Source of the DNA: the human T2T-CHM13v2.0 reference genome, Homo sapiens
DNA length: 64,000 bases
Assembly (NCBI RefSeq): GCF_009914755.1
Contig: NC_060930.1
Direction: 5' to 3' (one strand)
Notes under the pieces: model-generated
What the model saw: only the letters and a program-made list of their open reading frames with translations
The model's database searches: none
Told to the model about the DNA's origin: nothing
Position numbers and translations under genes: made by a program
Part shown: piece by piece, positions 56,739 to 64,000 of the stretch
Layout: the number at the start of each line of letters is the position of its first letter
How positions within the stretch are numbered: position 1 is the first letter of the stretch

Positions 56739-58887
56739 ACTTTTCTTTAGAGTCTTAAAGCTCTTCCCCAAGTGCAGTAGGAAAAGCTATCATAAGTATT
56801 GCCTTATATTCACTAGGACATAAAATACGTGATTGTGTAGTATGTGAGAAAGCAAAATGCCCTTTGCCTTTTCCCCCCGTTTTTCATTACCTACTTGCTA
56901 GAGTTATAGATAGTATCACTTGATTGAAATTGTGTTTATAATCACATCTTAGTCATGTTGAGGCAGATTTTTTATAGACATATTTTAAAAGATCCTTTTA
57001 GCAGGCTATTTTTCATCATTTAAAGAGCAAGCAAAATCATATTTTTCCAGACGTACTGCAGGGAAATCTGCCTGTAACTATAATTCTGCATTATGTTTTC
57101 ATAGTTGACATCTTAAAATGTGAACGAAGGTATGTATATGCATTTGGTTTGATTTTAAACTGTTTGTTTGTTCATAGGCATTTCTTCTCTGATTTGTTAT
57201 ACAATATTATGAAAAGCTTTTTGCTATATATTTCCTGAGCTGTCAAAAAGTATCTGACTTTTTGAGTATGACTGAAAAAAAAATACTTCAAAAGGACAAT
57301 TGTGTTCGATAAATATATAGTCCATATTATTTAAAAATTTGCCCAGTATTTGAAAATGCTTTGTATTTGACCACATAAATCAGAGTGGGTATGCCCAGTC
57401 CAATTTTCTAGGTGGATAGGTAGGAAAATATGTTTTTCCGTGATCAATAATGTCATTTATTATGTCACCCAAATGCAATGAATAACTTGGTTTTGTTTTA
57501 CTGTAAAGATCCTAAACCTTCTTTTATTGGTCTTTTCCCCTCATTGTTTATGTGAGATTATGTCACTTAATCTGAGGTAGGAAGAGCTGCCATCTGAAGA
57601 ACTGTGGGTTTGCAGGCTTCTGTGTCAATATTTTATGGGAAAAACCCCTACTATTTATTATTTATTCCTTGAATCAGCTTTTCAGTATTACTTGTTCACT
57701 ACATGCCCCAGCATTTCTGTATTTGAGAATGAAACACCATTGTAGAACATTATGATAGAATAGAATAAAATTGGAAGCAGTAATCATGGCTTTTCTATTT
57801 CACAGTTTTGATTGTCAAAGGAAAATGTATAGAAAATTCTATTCTTACAAAGATATTAAGGGAATAATAAAAATGGTGAGCAACCATGTGGTTAAATGTG
57901 AAGATTGGAGAGCTATCTAAGACTTAAAGGGGGTGTGCCTGTCCAGGTACTTTGCTACAAATACATGCGTTTTCAACTATGCTGGTTAAAGCCTGAGCAT
58001 TAGAAAGAAAATTGGATCTAAAGGCTGAAGGCCACAGGCCAGGCCCTTGCAACCTCTTTGGGAGCTCTGAAAAGCTTTTTACCCTCTCTGGGCCTCTGTT
58101 TTCTCCCCAGCTAAAGGAAAGAAAGAATGCCTGCTTTTTGGTGACGATCAAGACTTAAGTACATTTTCTATAAGTGTAAGTTCTTTCTGAACTTCAGATT
58201 GCTATTGCACCAAAGTTAGGATGAGCTATATTGGTTATGAGGGAGTACAGTGATGATTATTTGGGTCTGTTAAGATTTAACTTGGTTCATTTTATCATTC
58301 TGGTCAAGATACTTACTTTTCCTAAGGTCTGTCTTATGCTCTCATTTTTATATGGGAATAATAATCTCTATTTTTTGTGGGTTCTTGGGAGGAGCGGGGA
58401 TAATGTCTGTCAAGTGCCTGACACACTGCTGAGCACATATAGGCACTCTGTACGTTGTAGCTGTTGTTAATTTACTTTAAAAAAATTATTGATAGTTAAC
58501 AAATACTATTTTATGCATGTTAATTTGAAAGGAAGTAAATGAGCCCTTTTGATAGTAGGAAAAGTTGCAGATATTAACAGTAACTGGCATTTGTGAAGAG
58601 CATAATTTTCTAATAATTTTTTAAGTAATTGGATTAGTTAAAAATTAATTGTTGCAAAATTAAGTAAACAATATTGATTTTTCTTAAAACCAAAACACTG
58701 ATAACTACAAAAAGTAAGGAAGTTCTAAGTCTAGATTTGCTTATGGTCTTTCTTTTCTCCCTGAATGCCATCATCTATGTTCATTACTCAGACTTTTTTG
58801 AAAATAGAATTTGAACATAAACTTGTAGAAGTATAATTAAATGAGAAAAATATATATTGAGGTTTATAATCTGCCTATGAATTCTAA

Positions 58888-59224
<337 letters not shown>

Positions 59225-60503
59225 ACTTTGTTTAACTTTATTAGTTATTCTTGCCCATTATTTTCTTGTGGATGTGAAAGTGAATTGTATGTACATCAGA
59301 AACCATATTTTTAGTTTGTTAACTCATGGCAGCTGCTGAGCCATGGTGAGATCTTTAAGAAAGGTAATAGAAACACTTGTCTAATAAAATGGTAGGAATC
59401 TAAGTTAACTGATGTGAAAGAGCTGTGTATACATCTCTTTATTGTGCTGTTTTATATAGGTCTATAATGAAAGCCAAATGCCTTTGTTTCGTCTTTTTGG
59501 TTTGATGCCTTGCCAGTATCATAGAGCAGGAAATGAGCTTTATCATTTCTTTTGTGATCACCTAATTAGCAAATGTCTTTAATTTCCTTTTAGAATTAAT
59601 GAACTTGATTATATTTTCCTATTCACTGTCAGTAATAATCTTGACTATCCCATTTCTCTATATGCTGCTGGCTTTCTCTTCATATCTATGAACAGCACTG
59701 TTTTTCTAACATTAAGATAATTTTTCTAATTGTGTTGTCAAATAGGAAATGAACATTGAAAGGATGGATTCTTTTCTGGGGATTCTAATAAAAAAGTATC
59801 AAGTGGCTTTCCAGGATGTAAAGCAGCAATAATATAGGTAAAACAGTGCCTAGAACAGAGTAAGCCCTCAATAAATAGCTATTATTATGGTTAGAAAATA
59901 ACTTTTATTTGCCAAACAGTAAATCACAAATTTTGAACTATGCATTCAAGATTATTGAATTTTGCAGTCACTATTTTATGGCTGATGAGAAGATAAATTT
60001 CCACTGGTCATCAGTTTTTAGTGAGAGACTTCAAGAAAGTGTGTAAACTTTCTTCATCTTCAGGTTGTAAAGCTGAGGAGCATTTTTTTTATTAAAGTTA
60101 CCATGAAATTGGTGTCATTCCTATAATTTTTTTGCCAGCAAGATATGCACAGGGGCAATTTACACATAGAATTTTACTGGAAAAGAAAATCTATTTGATT
60201 TACATAATGATAAAACAGTAAAGAATGCTGTGTTCCTCTAGTTCCCTCATATTGAGGTATCTAAAACCCAAATAAAAAATACATGAAAAGCATTTTCTCA
60301 TCTTTTTTACCTTTTAATCATTTCCCTTTAGAACACCTGTCATTTCTGTCAAAAGATTTTGCATAAACTTACAATTTTATTGCATTATTATTTTGAGCTT
60401 TAAGATGGCAAATTAGAAATGGCATATCTTCTTTAAATTATTATCAAAGCAAAAGTTCCTACATATCAGTAAGGTAATGAATAAGAATTATGTTTTTTCC
60501 TCA

Positions 60504-60900
<397 letters not shown>

Positions 60901-62112
60901 TTAAGAAACACAAGTCAGACTCACAAAACCAAAATTTATTTCTGAGGGTTCCAGCAAATTTGGCAAATTAGTCATTATTAACTGGGTTCATAGCCTCCAA
61001 AGACCTAAATTCATAACCCCATTTCTAGTGGATGACAGAAAACGTGCAAGGCACCTGAATTGTTTCAGTCATCAAGGTGGAGCTGTCTTGATTCATGTAA
61101 AATCCATGAGAGGAACCTCTAATCACTCCTAGTTCTGCCTCCATGTCAACCCCTGTATGTGTTAAATACTTACCATCTTACTTTGTATTTGTTGAAATGT
61201 TTCTCTATATCTGTTTTATCGTTCATGAATATTTTGTATCTCCAACTACAATTTTTAAATCCTAGATTTTTTCTAACTTATGCCTCTTATTTCCTGCCTG
61301 CTTCCTCAGTGTCCAGTATAGCACCCTACAGTCTATTTCTTTAAGGGAAGAAAAAGTTTAATTAATGAACAAGATGCTGTCAATGTAGTATAGCAAAAAG
61401 GAGAAGAAAAGGCACATTAAAGCTCCCTTTTATTTTGCTTTGTTCAATCCCCAGTTGAATGGAATAGTGTTGAGCGGCAGCCAAAACCATGGAATTTGAG
61501 ATTACTTGTTTCAATATTGAATGAAGGCTCAGCTCAGAGAGATGGGTTTTAGTGCATTTTTTTTCCCTTAGTGCAATTAAGGTGACTTTCCTTTGCACGT
61601 TGTGTCACCTCAATTTAAGAGCTAAACAGCTTGCGCTTGTTGGTTGGGTAACTTAATTTTGCAGGTTTGTGGGATATGATGTTTTCATAACGGAAGGGAA
61701 GAGTAGATAATAATCCTCTGAATCTTTAAGGAATTGAGATTTAACAGTACATTATACATTTATATGCAATTTTGTGTGCATACCTGTGGAATTTATAGTT
61801 TTTCAAGATCCTCACTGTCAAGCACAGTGGGCATAAGGCAGAGAGATTTAAGGGAATAGAGAGATGTCCCTGCCATTACAGTTCACTGTCCAGATTGGAT
61901 GAATATAGCTAAGAAAGAGAGACCAAATCACGTGATGGGGGGTACATCCATTGTTTAAACAAGCCAGAGCAGCACATTTTGTGAAAGGTGAATTATTTGG
62001 TATTATAAGGTAAAACAAATTCTAGCCTTTTTACAAATCACCTAATGTAGCTGCTTGGGAAAGGGCTCTCATCTGCCACTACTTAAGTTTGAAAAGTAAT
62101 GTTATGCTTTTC

Positions 62113-62308
62113 TTTATTTAGTTACTTATTTATTTACTTTTGTTAGAGATAGGTTTTTGCTCTGTCTCCCAGGATAGAATGCAGTGGCACAGTCATAGAG
62201 TAACCTCACTGTATGTGAGGTTAACCTCAAGCTCTTGGGCTCAAGCAATCCTTCTGCCTTGGCCTCTCAAATTGCTGGGATTATATGCTTGAGCCACTGC
62301 AGCTGCCC
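62113..62308 (-). mobile_element. Monomer-sized old Alu (FAM/FRAM/AluJ fragment)
   Basis: gctctgtctcccagg...ggctcaagcaatccttctgcc...gagccactgc. Confidence 0.75.
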
Positions 62309-63165
62309 TATACTTTCATTTATTTAGAAGCAAGTTAATTTGTCAACTTGTCTTGGGGATTATTATTATTCAACAAATTACTCTTTAAGCTGCACATCAA
62401 AATAGTATTATTCCCGTAATTTTACATGTGTTGTGTTTCTCATTATTGTTCTGCTCATTTGTATGCTATATAGGACATCAGAGGCAGCTTTTGAGTTTTA
62501 AAGAAAGTTCGTCTACATGTGAAGTGGCTAGTGGAGTTGTGATCCTAGAAGTTGTCCTATCAGAACACCATGCTCAGATTTGCATAGTCATCCTCAGCTT
62601 TTTTTTATTACAGTCTATTTAAATGATTAAATTTGAATTAATATATATTAAAGTTCTTCAGGAACAGCATTTCTTTATAAAACAGAATAGAAAATAATTC
62701 TTATTTTATGCTCAGTTTATGACATGATAAACCAAAAAGAGAACTATGGAAATTGTATATAGCAGTATGGTAATTTAAAGATCACTCATATAAGCTTTTA
62801 AAGATTATATATACGTGTGTGTGTGTTTCAGGAGAAAAGTTGTTTCATGTGATAATCTATTCAGGTAAAGTATCCAGGTAAAATGATAAGCAATTGGATT
62901 TGTCTTTGGAAGTTTCTAAATGTGATATAGCATAGGAAAACAAATATGGGCAGAAAAATCCCTTAATGTAATTAAATAGCATAGTAACATCCTTACACAC
63001 ATATATAGAGTTTCCGCGTAGTTGGTGCTAGAGACAAGTTGTAACGAATTAAGCCCAAAATTGAACTTCAGGACTTTTGAGTTTACCTATCTACTCTTCT
63101 GCTATGGCTTTGGAGAAATAATCTATTACTCAGAAACTTTAGCTATAAAATGATAACTGTAGTAG

Positions 63166-63674
63166 TGAGGCAAAAGAATAGGCTCTGAAGGCAGGGAACC
63201 TAAGGCCAATTCATGCAAACTTCCTGGAACTAAATTCTAGGACCTTCATTTGCATAAGGTGCCTATTCACACCAGCCTCCGATTGGCCATGAGGCAAACC
63301 TGCACTGTGGCCTATGATTGGTCCATTTTAGGACCTTCATTTGCATAAATAAGGTGCCAATCCAGCTTGTCTTTGATTGGCCATGGGCCAGTTCACTTCG
63401 GCCTCTAATTGGCATGAGCCAGCCCTTCATTTACATAGGGTGTAACCAATGGGAGACCTCTAGAGGGTACTTAAACCCCAGAAGACTTTGCTACCAAGGC
63501 TTTTGAGCCACTTGCTTGGGCCGCTGCCATTCTGTGGAGTGTACTTTCACTACTATTGCCTCCCACTTCAATAAGTCTACACTTTCCTTGCTTGTTTGTG
63601 TGTGCTGTTCAGTTCTGTGTTCAGTGTGCCAAGGACCTGGACAACTCACGATCAGAACCTTCTACCCGGTAACA
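63166..63674 (+). mobile_element. MER51-type ERV1 solo LTR, sense to PRIM2
   Basis: TGAGGCAAAAGAATAGG...GGCAGGGAACCTAAGGCC start, ends in GGTAACA; near-TSD gtag/gtac. Confidence 0.85.
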
Positions 63675-64000
63675 GTACTGAGAAAAATACTGTAAATTTA
63701 TTTAAAATCAACTAGTTCTATAATTTGCAAGTGGCTACTTTTAATTTTCTAATAATTACCTATAGGAAATATTAGGAAAAGGTAATTTCTGTCATCATCA
63801 CCACCAACAATATTTAGTGTGCCTGTAATGCACTAGCCAGGAAAGAGGGAGACTGAGACCGTTGGGGTCTGAAAAGGAGCAAGGACCAACTTCAGGATCT
63901 TCTACCCACTCTGCTGTACTCTTTTTCCAGTAAGGCAGGAATTCTTTTAGCTCAGATCCAGAGGAGAGACTGTGAAATGAAAAATTACAGGGTATCGTTT

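Overview
Primate (very likely human) genomic DNA from inside PRIM2, the DNA primase large subunit p58, transcribed on the + strand. Only two coding exons are present: 21592-21664 (73 bp, (S)[24 protein letters not shown]) and 26621-26806 (186 bp, [34 protein letters not shown]...KMDPDK). They encode the linker and the start of the [4Fe-4S] C-terminal domain (probably exons 9 and 10). Everything else is AT-rich intron packed with transposon relics: about 23 Alu/FLAM copies (one young AluYe-like), solo LTRs (MER11, MER61, MER51, MER34, MLT1, MLT2, MST), a full-length Tigger1, Tigger2-type and hAT MITEs, L1, L2, MIR and an ancient CR1/L3-type reverse-transcriptase fossil. I found no convincing novel gene system. 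The best second-look items are: a phase-symmetric stop-free exon flanked by inverted Alus (circRNA candidate), a candidate intronic polyadenylation site, an octamer/CCAAT-dense sense LTR, three template-switch hairpin scars, two short local non-tandem duplications, nested insertions and structurally odd Alus. Repeat subfamily names come from recalled consensus sequences, not from a database search.
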